NCBI GenBank assembly: GCA_016432325.1
Contig: CP066684.1
Location: forward strand, 1-64,000
From: Candidatus Aenigmatarchaeota archaeon
GTDB taxonomy: Archaea; Aenigmatarchaeota; Aenigmatarchaeia; PWEA01; JACQIF01
Direction of reading: 5' to 3'
DNA: 64,000 nucleotides
Below the pieces are notes generated by a model, which was not told the origin of the DNA, ran no database searches, and saw only the letters and a list, made by a program, of their open reading frames with translations. The position numbers were made by a program, and so were the translations under genes. Shown in pieces: positions 9,934 to 18,585 of the stretch; the first letter of the stretch is position 1, and each line of letters opens with the position of its first letter.

Positions 9934-9974
9934 CTTCTGTGCGGGGAAATTGAAAAGCGCAACTTTTCATATAT
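9934..9974. repeat. Palindromic intergenic element homologous to 31792-31827
   Basis: TTCTGTGCGGGGAAATTGAAAAGCGCAACTTTTCATATT vs TTCTGCGTGGGGGAATTGAAATCGCAATTTCATATT. Confidence 0.7.
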
Positions 9975-10159
9975 TACTTCACCTCTATAACATAGCGTCC
10001 GGCGGCTTTGACGTTCATTCCTTTCGCGATCTCGCTTTCCGCGTCGAACACAACAACAGTGCCTCTCCAGCTTCTTGTCATGTCCGTGGACTTGCACATC
10101 GGGCAGATGTCTCCCTCGACGATGCGCCTGCAGTTCTTGCACGCCTTTTCACGGACCAT
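9974..10159 (-). CDS. spt4: Transcription elongation factor Spt4 (RpoE'')
   Basis: KACKNC...CPMC...WRG...SEIAK...GRY. Confidence 0.95.
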   Translation of the reverse strand: MVREKACKNCRRIVEGDICPMCKSTDMTRSWRGTVVVFDAESEIAKGMNVKAAGRYVIEVK

Positions 10160-10161
10160 AT

Positions 10162-10869
10162 TCACTTCGCCTCCTCTGTCGCGGCCGCCTGCTCGGTTTC
10201 TACAGGAGCCTCGGTTGCGGCTTCCGCTGTCTTGACTTCCTTTGCGGCTTCCTCTCCATCCTCTTTCTTCGCTTCCTTCTTCAAACGCTCTGCGTTTGAA
10301 GTTTCCGCATCTTGCGCGGAAATCTTGGGCTCCTTGCGTTCCTTCAGTCCTTCCAGCCAGTGTATCGCACCGAGTTGAGGCTGTCTCATCGTCAGTCCTA
10401 TTTTCGCTTCCTTGGCGAACGAAACGGATATGATACGGGCGCGTACGACATCGCCTTTCTTCAGCACGCGCTTGCTCTCCTTGCCCGCGAGCACGCCGTT
10501 CTTCTTGTCCAGAGAAACGTAATCATTCATCACCTGCGATATGTGCACCAGCCCGTCCAACGGTCCCATGCGGACGAACGCGCCGAACTCCGTTATATCC
10601 ACGATCTCTCCTACGATGACCTCGTGCTCCTGAGGCATATACGTAAGAAGATTGAACTTTGCCGGGTAGTAGACTGCCCCTTCGCCCGGAACCATCCTTC
10701 CGTCTCCTACGTCGCTCACGTCTTCCACGGCGAGAACGACTCCAAGCTCTGGATTCACAACCCCTTCATACTGGTCCTGCACGGACTTCTCTATCGCGTC
10801 GGTGAGTTCGAGGCCCATCTTGCTTGCAGGGACCTTCACGTCGTCTTCGACTTCCAAAACTTTGTACAT
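10162..10869 (-). CDS. rpoE1: RNA polymerase subunit E' (Rpo7)
   Basis: S1 domain EFGAFVRMGPLDGLVHISQ, KIGLTMRQP; acidic C-tail. Confidence 0.97.
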   Translation of the reverse strand: MYKVLEVEDDVKVPASKMGLELTDAIEKSVQDQYEGVVNPELGVVLAVEDVSDVGDGRMVPGEGAVYYPAKFNLLTYMPQEHEVIVGEIVDITEFGAFVRMGPLDGLVHISQVMNDYVSLDKKNGVLAGKESKRVLKKGDVVRARIISVSFAKEAKIGLTMRQPQLGAIHWLEGLKERKEPKISAQDAETSNAERLKKEAKKEDGEEAAKEVKTAEAATEAPVETEQAAATEEAK

Positions 10870-10975
10870 GCGAACACCATACTCTACCCTGCTTCCGTAT
10901 AGGAAAGCAAAAGGAGTATGATAAGACCGAGTTGAAGGTATTTAAAACCGACGGATCGCGGTTCAGGGAAACGAT

Positions 10976-11188
10976 TCAGGCCGGGGGCGTGGGCGTCGGG
11001 TCTGGGTATTCGTCTTTGCGGCCTCCGGGATCAATCTTTTTTGGCTGGAAGAGAACCCGAGGACGAATGCCATATCCCTCGTCCCAAACGGTGCAACCAT
11101 CCACTTCCGTGTTTCGAATGATTCTCAAGACACCCTCATCTGTGAGATGCCGTTCCCGTCTCTCGAAGTAATCTCTAAAAGTCGGCAT
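10976..11188 (-). CDS. Small hypothetical protein
   Basis: 70-aa ORF with upstream AT box, between ppa-like gene and rpoE1. Confidence 0.45.
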   Translation of the reverse strand: MPTFRDYFERRERHLTDEGVLRIIRNTEVDGCTVWDEGYGIRPRVLFQPKKIDPGGRKDEYPDPTPTPPA

Positions 11189-11212
11189 GGTGTACGTTAT
11201 ACACCGGTTTAT

Positions 11213-11758
11213 TTAAACCTTGTTTTCTGCGCCCAGTTTCCTCTTATACAGCGCTATCGCGTGTTCTATCGCGCGTATGGCGTCCTTGGCGCCCATCCAT
11301 GCGTCCACTTGCGCGACGCGCTCCTGCTCGCGGAACAGCGACTCGTAGAATGTCTGTATCTCTTGAAGTTGGTGCTGCTCGATGTCAGACAGATCCTTTA
11401 TTCTAGCCATGCGCGGATCCTTGTCCGGCACGCAAACAATAGCGTCGTCTCGGACGCCGTCCAGCGTCATTCTCAACAGCGCGACAGGCCTGCAGTCCAC
11501 GAGCGTACGCCGCGCGTTGGGCGCGGCACTCAGAACGATGACATCGAGAGGCGCGTTGCCTTCTGTGTACGTGCGAGGAACGAAACCAAGATCCCCCGGA
11601 GGCTTGTATGGGGTGTGTATCACGTGGGCGAGCGCGAAGATGTCCGTATGGTGGTGATACGCGTAGACGTTCGCAGAGTCCTTCGGTGTAACCACGACAA
11701 CGGTCACGATTTTAGGCACTGCCCGTCCGGGTTCAAGCGCGCTCCACAAATCCATCAC
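11213..11758 (-). CDS. Family I inorganic pyrophosphatase homologue, predicted catalytically inactive
   Basis: Scaffold LEPG..VP, GFVPRT, PLDVIV, RPVALLRM, VPDKDP, EIQTF retained; most active-site residues replaced. Confidence 0.85.
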   Translation of the reverse strand: MMDLWSALEPGRAVPKIVTVVVVTPKDSANVYAYHHHTDIFALAHVIHTPYKPPGDLGFVPRTYTEGNAPLDVIVLSAAPNARRTLVDCRPVALLRMTLDGVRDDAIVCVPDKDPRMARIKDLSDIEQHQLQEIQTFYESLFREQERVAQVDAWMGAKDAIRAIEHAIALYKRKLGAENKV

Positions 11759-12138
11759 ATTCCCTCCAGTTCCAGATGCGCGCGGCCCTTCATGGTTATC
11801 AGAGGCGTTCCGCGTTTGCGCAGCGCGCTTTGCAACGGCTTGTCTTGAGTAGCCACGACAGTGTCGCCTTCAGACGCCATCTCTTCTATCGCGCTGTCCG
11901 CCTTTTTCTCATGGTGCGGAACGATATGAACGTTTTTCTTTTCCACGAGCTGCAGCGCGAGCTTGGCGGCTTTGGCGTCTTTCGACTTGCCGCGCGAGAT
12001 GGAGACGAGTTCGATCACAACAGCCTCAGGAACGGCGAGCGTGTAGCTTCCTCCAAGAATCCTCCTGATCTCTCCGAAAACATCGATGCCGAACTGCCCG
12101 GGTATCATCAGGAAGTTGGCGTCCAAAACCACGCGCAT
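11755..12138 (-). CDS. PIN-domain protein (Fcf1/Utp24-like)
   Basis: VVLDANFL, EL, ADSAI, VVATQD motifs. Confidence 0.9.
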   Translation of the reverse strand: MRVVLDANFLMIPGQFGIDVFGEIRRILGGSYTLAVPEAVVIELVSISRGKSKDAKAAKLALQLVEKKNVHIVPHHEKKADSAIEEMASEGDTVVATQDKPLQSALRKRGTPLITMKGRAHLELEGM

Positions 12139-12167
12139 GGTTAGTTTACGCGTCGACAATAAAAAGG

Positions 12168-12854
12168 CTATTGCGCCCTCAGGAACTCCCCGACTTTCTT
12201 CACGTCCTCCGGCTTCCCGAAATCCAGCCAATAGTCCTTCAGCTCGTAAACGGCCACGTCCCCTGCGCGGGCGAGCGCGTTTATCGCGTCCGTGACTTCG
12301 TACTCCCCGCGCACGGACGGCTTTAGCGTTCGCAGGACGTCAAACACGTAAGGACTGAATTTGTAGAGGCCCGTGTTTATCAGATTCGTTGGCGGGACCT
12401 TCGGCTTCTCGAGAAGTTCGACCAGCGAACCGTTCTGCGTCACGAGGACTCCGTATTGGCTCGGATTCTCCACGCGAAGGCCCGCGACCACGCTCTGTTG
12501 GAACCGCGCCACTGTTCGGATGTCTTCGGGCGAATATAGATTGTCGCCCATCAGAACAACAAAGGACTCGCCGTTGACAAACTTCTCCGCGGCAAGAATG
12601 GCGTGGCCTGTTCCCTTCGGTTCTTCCTGATCAATTATCGCGACATCCGGATGTGCTTGGCGCAAATAATCCTCTAGAACTTCTTTCTTGTAGTTTACGA
12701 TAAGCGCGATTTCATCGATTCCTGCCTTGTTCAAAGACTCTACTATGTATTCGACGAACGGTTTGCCATTCACAGGAATCATGTGCTTGGGTTTGTCTTT
12801 TGTCAGAGGAAGCATGCGCGTTCCTTTGCCCGCAGCGAGGACGACGCACTTCAT
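12168..12854 (-). CDS. Sugar-phosphate nucleotidyltransferase (GlmU N-domain-like, no acetyltransferase domain)
   Basis: LAAGKGTRMLPLT..KPK, GTGHA, YGV, EKP, GEYEVTD, WLDFG. Confidence 0.9.
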   Translation of the reverse strand: MKCVVLAAGKGTRMLPLTKDKPKHMIPVNGKPFVEYIVESLNKAGIDEIALIVNYKKEVLEDYLRQAHPDVAIIDQEEPKGTGHAILAAEKFVNGESFVVLMGDNLYSPEDIRTVARFQQSVVAGLRVENPSQYGVLVTQNGSLVELLEKPKVPPTNLINTGLYKFSPYVFDVLRTLKPSVRGEYEVTDAINALARAGDVAVYELKDYWLDFGKPEDVKKVGEFLRAQ

Positions 12855-12864
12855 ACGCCGCACC

Positions 12865-13782
12865 TCATATCAGTACGCGTACGACCTGACCCAGCCTGTG
12901 CGGGTGGTGGCGATCGCCTTCGCCCAGCACGTCCGCGAGAACGGGTTCTGTGCCTAACGCGCGTACCGCTGCCTCGTCGACATCGACGTGGCCGTTGTCG
13001 CCGCGTCTCGAATTGAATATTGCATAATCCGGCACTCCCATCATGTAAGGCGCCAGTCTGGCGATAAAGTCAGAGCCCTTGAAGCCGGACGTTTCGCTTT
13101 TCTTTGTCGCCACGTTGCAGACATAGACAGTCTTCGCGTTGGAGTCGCAAATCGCCTTTGCGACGCCGCCGACCAGCAGATTCGGAATCACAGAAGTGTA
13201 GAGGTCTCCGGGGCCGAGGATAACAGCGTCGGCTTTCCTTATAGCCTCTAGCACAGGAGCGTAGGGCCTGGGAATCGGGTCAAGATAGACGCCTCCCACG
13301 GATCCGTCGCTCGCGCCTATCTCTTTCTCCCCGTAGATTACGCCGCCTTCCTCCATCACCGCCACCAGCGTAGCCTTTTCCAGGCTCACCGGAAGAACGT
13401 GGCGGCCTTCCCCCAAGCCGAGCCATGCTTCAGCCTCCTGCAGCGCCTCCTGCGCGTTGCCTTTCTCGAGCTGGATTGCATTGAGCATCAGATTTCCCAT
13501 GGCATGGCCGTCAAGGCTGGAGCCGCCGTTGAATCTGTAATTCATGGCGCGCGCCAATTTTGCGTGCGGCTCCTTGTCTGAGGCCAGCGCAGTGAACGCG
13601 AGCCTCACGTCGCCCCACGGCAGCGTGCCTAGTTCCTGACCAAGCCTGCCTCCGGAGCCTCCAGAATCGAACGTCGACACGACGGCGTCTATGTCAATCC
13701 AGTACTTCTTGAGTCCGGTGAGAAGAGTGTGACTGCCATGCCCGCCTCCGATCGTAACGACGCGTTTCTTCACGCCTTCCAT
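12865..13782 (-). CDS. yvcK: YvcK/GlmR family (UPF0052) protein
   Basis: IGGGHG, DSGGSGG, GDVR, GHAMGNL, GPGDLYTSVIPNL, HHP motifs. Confidence 0.9.
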   Translation of the reverse strand: MEGVKKRVVTIGGGHGSHTLLTGLKKYWIDIDAVVSTFDSGGSGGRLGQELGTLPWGDVRLAFTALASDKEPHAKLARAMNYRFNGGSSLDGHAMGNLMLNAIQLEKGNAQEALQEAEAWLGLGEGRHVLPVSLEKATLVAVMEEGGVIYGEKEIGASDGSVGGVYLDPIPRPYAPVLEAIRKADAVILGPGDLYTSVIPNLLVGGVAKAICDSNAKTVYVCNVATKKSETSGFKGSDFIARLAPYMMGVPDYAIFNSRRGDNGHVDVDEAAVRALGTEPVLADVLGEGDRHHPHRLGQVVRVLI

Positions 13783-13805
13783 GCTAACACCACCACACCA
13801 ATCTA

Positions 13806-13896
13806 TTTAAAACGCCCCGGCGTTTTAAAGTTCTTACGAACAACGGTTCGTAAGTTTGCGAACCCTCGGTTCGCAAATACCGCCCTCACGGCGGTA
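13806..13896. repeat. Four near-abutting perfect inverted repeats in the glmS-yvcK spacer
   Basis: TTTAAAACGCC/GGCGTTTTAAA, CTTACGAAC/GTTCGTAAG, TTTGCGAACC/GGTTCGCAAA, TACCGCC/GGCGGTA. Confidence 0.85.
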
Positions 13897-13897
13897 A

Positions 13898-15655
13898 CTA
13901 TTTAACCGTCACGCTCTTCGCCAGATTGCGCGGACGGTCGGGGTCCTTGCCGCGCAGTACGGCCAGTTGATAAGCCAGGACCTGCATCGGGATTATCTGC
14001 AGTATGGGGTTGCATAGGCCCGTTTCAGGCACCTTGATGAAATAATCGAACGCCTCGTCCTTTTCAGGACCGACGCCTACGACGTACGCCCCGCGCGCGC
14101 GGACCTCGTGCGCGTTCGACAACGTCTCGCGCTTGTTTGCCGCAGAGAAAAAAACGATGCAGGGAGTGCCCTTCTCTATGAGCGCGATGGTGCCGTGTTT
14201 GAGCTCGCCCGCCTGCAAGGCCTCGACGTGTATGTATGAGACTTCCTTTATCTTTAACGCCGCCTCTTTCGCAGTCGCGTACTCGAGCTGGCGTCCTATC
14301 GTGAACACGTGTTCCATGCTCTTGAGCGTTTCTGCGAGTTCCTTCAAATGTTCCCGCGTGGAAACAGCAGTGAGGTTGTAGACGTCGTTTCTCGCGGAAT
14401 CAAGGACGCGCCTTCCTTCGTCCAGTTTCCCTTCCAGCGCGTACGCTGTCAGTACCATCAACGCGAGTTGTGCCGTATAAGCCTTAGTGGAGGCGACTCC
14501 TATCTCAGGACCGCAGTTGGTGAACAGAGCATACGATGATTCGCGGTGAAGCGTAGAACCCGCGACGTTGACGATGGCAACGACCTTCGCCTCCGCGTCC
14601 TTGGCCATTCTCACTGCCTCCAGCGTGTCTGCCGTCTCGCCAGACTGGGAAACCGCCAGGACCAGAGTGTCGGCGTCGATTAAGTGCGCGACGTTCTCGA
14701 ACTCGGACGAACGCACGGACGCGACGTTCTTGTCCGCGATCCTGGAAAACAGCAGGCGCCCGCTGATGCACGCGTGGTAGGCCGTGCCGGCGGCGACCAG
14801 CACGACGCTCTCCGCGTTTCGCACGTCCGTGGCAAGCCGGGTTATCACGGACGGATCCTGTTCAAGCGTCCTGGAAAGCGTTTCATACTGTTCCGCAATC
14901 TCCTTGAGCATGTAGTGTTCGAAGACTCCCTTTTCCGCGCTCTGCGCATCCCACTCTATCGTGCTGACGTCGCGCGTCACAGGGCCCGTCTGCAGGTTTT
15001 CGATGTGCAGGCCCTTTCCTATCACAGCAAAATCGTAATCGCCAAGGTAAACGACACGCTTCGTGTACTGCATGAACGCAGGGATGTCGGAGGCCGCGAA
15101 GTATTCGCCGTCCCCTACGCCCAGCACGAGCGGCGAGCCGTTGCGTGCCGCGACCATCGTGCCGTCCTTGTGCAGCGCTACGACAGCATAGCGGCCTTCG
15201 ATGCGTGCGACGGCATCGCGGGCGGCGTCGACGAACGTCTTGCCCTCGCGCATTCCCTGTTCGATGAGCTTCGGTATCACCTCGGTGTCCGTTTCGCTGT
15301 AGAAGACGTACTCTTTCAGGGCGGCCTTGAGCTCGCGGAAATTCTCTATTATGCCATTGTGGACGACAGCCACGGCGCCGTCGGAGCTCATGTGCGGATG
15401 CGCATTCTCCTGCGTGACGCCTCCGTGCGTGGCCCATCGCGTGTGGGCGATGCCCGTGTTCCCGCGGAGACCCGAGAATCCTTGGCTGTTGCCCAACGCG
15501 TCGACCTTTCCAACGGCCTTTACTACCTTTATGGACGGGTTGCCCACGACAGCTATTCCCGAACTGTCATAGCCCCTGTACTCCAGGCGCCTCAGTCCGT
15601 TGAGCAGTACCTCAGGTGCCTCTTTGCGTCCGCTGTAAGCGATTATCCCGCACAT
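13898..15655 (-). CDS. glmS: Glutamine-fructose-6-phosphate transaminase
   Basis: MCGI, EYRGYDS, HTRWATHG, SQSGET, PRNLAKSVTV. Confidence 0.98.
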   Translation of the reverse strand: MCGIIAYSGRKEAPEVLLNGLRRLEYRGYDSSGIAVVGNPSIKVVKAVGKVDALGNSQGFSGLRGNTGIAHTRWATHGGVTQENAHPHMSSDGAVAVVHNGIIENFRELKAALKEYVFYSETDTEVIPKLIEQGMREGKTFVDAARDAVARIEGRYAVVALHKDGTMVAARNGSPLVLGVGDGEYFAASDIPAFMQYTKRVVYLGDYDFAVIGKGLHIENLQTGPVTRDVSTIEWDAQSAEKGVFEHYMLKEIAEQYETLSRTLEQDPSVITRLATDVRNAESVVLVAAGTAYHACISGRLLFSRIADKNVASVRSSEFENVAHLIDADTLVLAVSQSGETADTLEAVRMAKDAEAKVVAIVNVAGSTLHRESSYALFTNCGPEIGVASTKAYTAQLALMVLTAYALEGKLDEGRRVLDSARNDVYNLTAVSTREHLKELAETLKSMEHVFTIGRQLEYATAKEAALKIKEVSYIHVEALQAGELKHGTIALIEKGTPCIVFFSAANKRETLSNAHEVRARGAYVVGVGPEKDEAFDYFIKVPETGLCNPILQIIPMQVLAYQLAVLRGKDPDRPRNLAKSVTVK

Positions 15656-15675
15656 AACATCCAGACGCGCGAGAG

Positions 15676-15728
15676 CTATATAAACAATCCTAAAATGGTT
15701 GTTATACCATTACAAAAGCTTTTATATA
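15676..15728. promoter_or_regulatory. Divergent TATA boxes with a candidate palindromic operator between them
   Basis: TATATAAA (minus-strand TATA) near 15677 and TTTATATA near 15721, flanking TTGTTAT-ACC-ATTACAA at 15699-15715. Confidence 0.55.
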
Positions 15729-15753
15729 GGTTTGTGCTTCGTATAGGCGATGT

Positions 15754-16701
15754 ATGGCCAAGAAGCTGCTGGTCGAGAGGCGCGCCGGGCGCGAGATGAC
15801 GCGTTCCATAGAGATACTGGAAAAGCCGGAGGGTGTTTCGTCCCTCGCATCCCCTCTGGCGTGGCGCATCCTCACGGAACTCTCGCACAAACCCGCCTAC
15901 CCGAACGAGCTGGCGCGCCGGATGCGCGTCCACGAGCAGAAAATTTATTACCACACCCGCAGGCTTCTTGCCGCAGGTCTGGTGGAAGTTGTGGGCGAGA
16001 CGCGCGTGCGCGGCGCTTCTGCGAAGATGCTGGCCCCCACCGCGGACGCGTTCGGCGTCGAGCTGCCTTCCACGAGGGAGGGCATCGCGCGCAAGGGCCC
16101 TTCAATGTCACCTCAGCTCAGGGATTTCCTGAGCGAATTTCTCCGACGGGGGGCGTTCGACGGTTCGATAGTCGTCGGCGCCCCCACACCCCACGGTCCT
16201 TACGATACGTCTGCGCGCGACGGGTATTACACCTCGCACCTTGCGATGTTCCTCGGCCAGTTCTGCTCTGTTCCGCAAGAACGGTTCATCGTGAAACTTG
16301 ACACGGAGGTGCGCGCGGAGCGCAAGGAGAAGCGCAACCTGATTCTCGTCGGCGGTCCGATAGTCAACACCGTTGTCGCCGATTTAGCAGCGTCGATGGC
16401 CGTCACAATGAAATACGCGGAGGGACGATGGGCCATCGTTTCAACGGCCAATGGACGTACGTACACGGACAGCCGCGACGTCCTGATAGCCAAGGTGCGC
16501 AACCCATGGGACGATTCGAAGAGGCTCATCGTTCTGGCGGGCCTTAAGGCCGCGGGAACGAAGACCTGCATCATCGCGCTCACGCAGTTCCACGAAAAAG
16601 TTCTGAAGGATTACGACAAGAACCGCGATTTTTATCGCATCCTGCGCGGATTGGACAGGGACGGAGACGGCAACGTGGACGATGTTGAAATTTTGGAGTA
16701 A
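15754..16701 (+). CDS. ArsR-like wHTH transcriptional regulator with a C-terminal alpha/beta domain
   Basis: LAWRILTEL...YPNELARRM...QKIYYH...L..AGLV; C-terminal NLILVGGPIVN motif. Confidence 0.8.
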   Translation: MAKKLLVERRAGREMTRSIEILEKPEGVSSLASPLAWRILTELSHKPAYPNELARRMRVHEQKIYYHTRRLLAAGLVEVVGETRVRGASAKMLAPTADAFGVELPSTREGIARKGPSMSPQLRDFLSEFLRRGAFDGSIVVGAPTPHGPYDTSARDGYYTSHLAMFLGQFCSVPQERFIVKLDTEVRAERKEKRNLILVGGPIVNTVVADLAASMAVTMKYAEGRWAIVSTANGRTYTDSRDVLIAKVRNPWDDSKRLIVLAGLKAAGTKTCIIALTQFHEKVLKDYDKNRDFYRILRGLDRDGDGNVDDVEILE

Positions 16702-16723
16702 CGGCCTTGTCCGAAGAGAATGG

Positions 16724-17140
16724 TCACTTGACTTCCAGTTCCTCGACGTTTGAATTGCGCCTCAGAATCTCGCGTATCATCTTCACGTTCTCGCCGCCCT
16801 TGCCGATGACGCGCCCGCGGTCCTGCTGTTGAATCACGACAGTGACGCGCGTGCCGTTCGCCTCGACGCGCTCCGCCTCCGGAATCATGTTCTTGACGAA
16901 TTCGACCACGTTCGCGTTGTGCTCGAACACGCGGACGCGTTTCTTCAGGAGATTCTGCAACTTCTTTATGTTAGCGCCGCCCTTGCCGATGGCGAGACCC
17001 GCCTTGCCCTCCTCGACGACGAAGTAGACGTTCTCGTTGAGCACGCAATCCCGCGGCGAGACGTGCGTATGCTTCTCAAAAAGATTCATCGTGTTTATCG
17101 TATTAGAATCGAAGTCTCGGACAGACACATTGACACCCAA
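16724..17140 (-). CDS. nusA: Archaeal NusA (KH domains)
   Basis: GLAIGKGGANIK and GRVIGKGGENVK; in rpo operon. Confidence 0.95.
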   Translation of the reverse strand: MGVNVSVRDFDSNTINTMNLFEKHTHVSPRDCVLNENVYFVVEEGKAGLAIGKGGANIKKLQNLLKKRVRVFEHNANVVEFVKNMIPEAERVEANGTRVTVVIQQQDRGRVIGKGGENVKMIREILRRNSNVEELEVK

Positions 17141-17152
17141 CGAAATAAAAAA

Positions 17153-17425
17153 TCATTTTGCCTTGCGCTTCGGCTTGGATTCAGCTGAACCGGACAGCGC
17201 CACAACAGCTACGTTGAAGGGCTTTCCATATATAACCCCAAGTTCGCGCGAATCGCCTTCGAAGCTCTCCACGTTCGCACCGGCCTTCTGCAGTTCGGCC
17301 ACGTACGCGGCCGGACAGTTCTGCGCCGTCACGACAGTGCGTGCGCCTGCGGCGACGGCGCGCTTCGCGGCCCTGAAGCCGAGAACGACAGACCCCTTGT
17401 GAGCGACAAGCGCGGCGCGATCCAT
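17153..17425 (-). CDS. rpl30e: 50S ribosomal protein L30e
   Basis: GSVVLG, AQNCP, ELGVIYGKPF; located between rpoA'' and nusA. Confidence 0.9.
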   Translation of the reverse strand: MDRAALVAHKGSVVLGFRAAKRAVAAGARTVVTAQNCPAAYVAELQKAGANVESFEGDSRELGVIYGKPFNVAVVALSGSAESKPKRKAK

Positions 17426-18582
17426 CACTTGACACCCTTCTTCGTTTTGGTCTTCGAGAACACCAGATCGCACATTCCTGTTCCGACAGGAGCGACCTGG
17501 TTTATCATGACGTTCTCTATTATCGAGTCCAGTTCGTCAGTCTCCCCCTCGACTGCCGCGTCCATAAGCGTCGTCACTGTGGTCTCGAAGTTCGCGCGCG
17601 CCAGCACAGAGCCCTTTTCTCCGGCGACTCCGTAGCGGCCGACGGGCTTGATGCTGCCGTCGGCGCACATCACGTCGGCTACGAGCAGGAGGTGCCTTAT
17701 GTCGACGTCCAGCCCCTGTTCGCTCAGCGTCTTGTCCGCCTCGCGGATTATCGCGTTGCGCGCCGCCTCAATTCCCAGCACTTTCTCAACCTCGCGGATA
17801 TCGTTGCATACTGTCCTGTGGCGGTCGACGCCTGGCATCGCGAGAATCTTCTTGAGGTTTGAACCTATGGTGAATATGAACCAGCTTCCCTTGTCGTCCT
17901 TGCGAACGACGACCTGTCCGATGCCCTTCAGGCCGCTTATCTGCGTGTTGAGTATGCGCACCTTTCTCTTTTGCAGGTCGCGCACGCTGAGCTCTTTCTT
18001 CGGTATGAACACAAGCGTGTCGGTGTCGAACTCGACGTTGAGATCGCGCGCGTTCTTGCGCACCGACTTCACAAGGTCGTCGCCTGTAATACCGAGACGG
18101 CCGAGGTCTTCGGCCTTTACCTTGATGTTCAGGCGGGAGTTCACGAGGTCTATGCTGTCTTCGACGGCTATGTTGTGAAGAACGGACTCCTTGATGCGCG
18201 AAGCGAGATCTGTCGCGGCCTCTTTCGTGTTGTGTTCCTCGTCCATGTATATCTCCATCGTTGGAGTGGAAGGCGTTCGGCGGGCGTCCACGATTTCGAT
18301 GAGCCTCGGCAGTCCGAGAGTCACTTCACGGCCCGCGGCGCCGACGAAGTGATAAACGCGCATGGTCATCTGCGTTGCGGGTTCTGATATGGACTGCGCG
18401 GCGATGACGCCTATGGCTTCGCAAGGCTCGTACTTGGCGTCTTCGTATATCTCGACCACCTTCGCTATGACGGCCTCTGCCTTCTTGCGGTCCGGCCTGT
18501 GCTTCTCGAGGCTCTGGACGAGGCGCTCCTTGAGGCTCTCCGGCATGTCCAAATCGCGAACGATCTCTCTGTAATCAACCAT
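17425..18582 (-). CDS. rpoA2: RNA polymerase subunit A'' (Rpo1C)
   Basis: AAQSISEPATQMT, TLGLPRLIE, GIEAAR, VDIRH, GTG. Confidence 0.97.
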   Translation of the reverse strand: MVDYREIVRDLDMPESLKERLVQSLEKHRPDRKKAEAVIAKVVEIYEDAKYEPCEAIGVIAAQSISEPATQMTMRVYHFVGAAGREVTLGLPRLIEIVDARRTPSTPTMEIYMDEEHNTKEAATDLASRIKESVLHNIAVEDSIDLVNSRLNIKVKAEDLGRLGITGDDLVKSVRKNARDLNVEFDTDTLVFIPKKELSVRDLQKRKVRILNTQISGLKGIGQVVVRKDDKGSWFIFTIGSNLKKILAMPGVDRHRTVCNDIREVEKVLGIEAARNAIIREADKTLSEQGLDVDIRHLLLVADVMCADGSIKPVGRYGVAGEKGSVLARANFETTVTTLMDAAVEGETDELDSIIENVMINQVAPVGTGMCDLVFSKTKTKKGVK

Positions 18583-18585
18583 AAC

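Noticed and set aside
13806-15750. glmS ribozyme
   Set aside because: The glmS leader is too short and the hairpins lie downstream of glmS without recognisable ribozyme core
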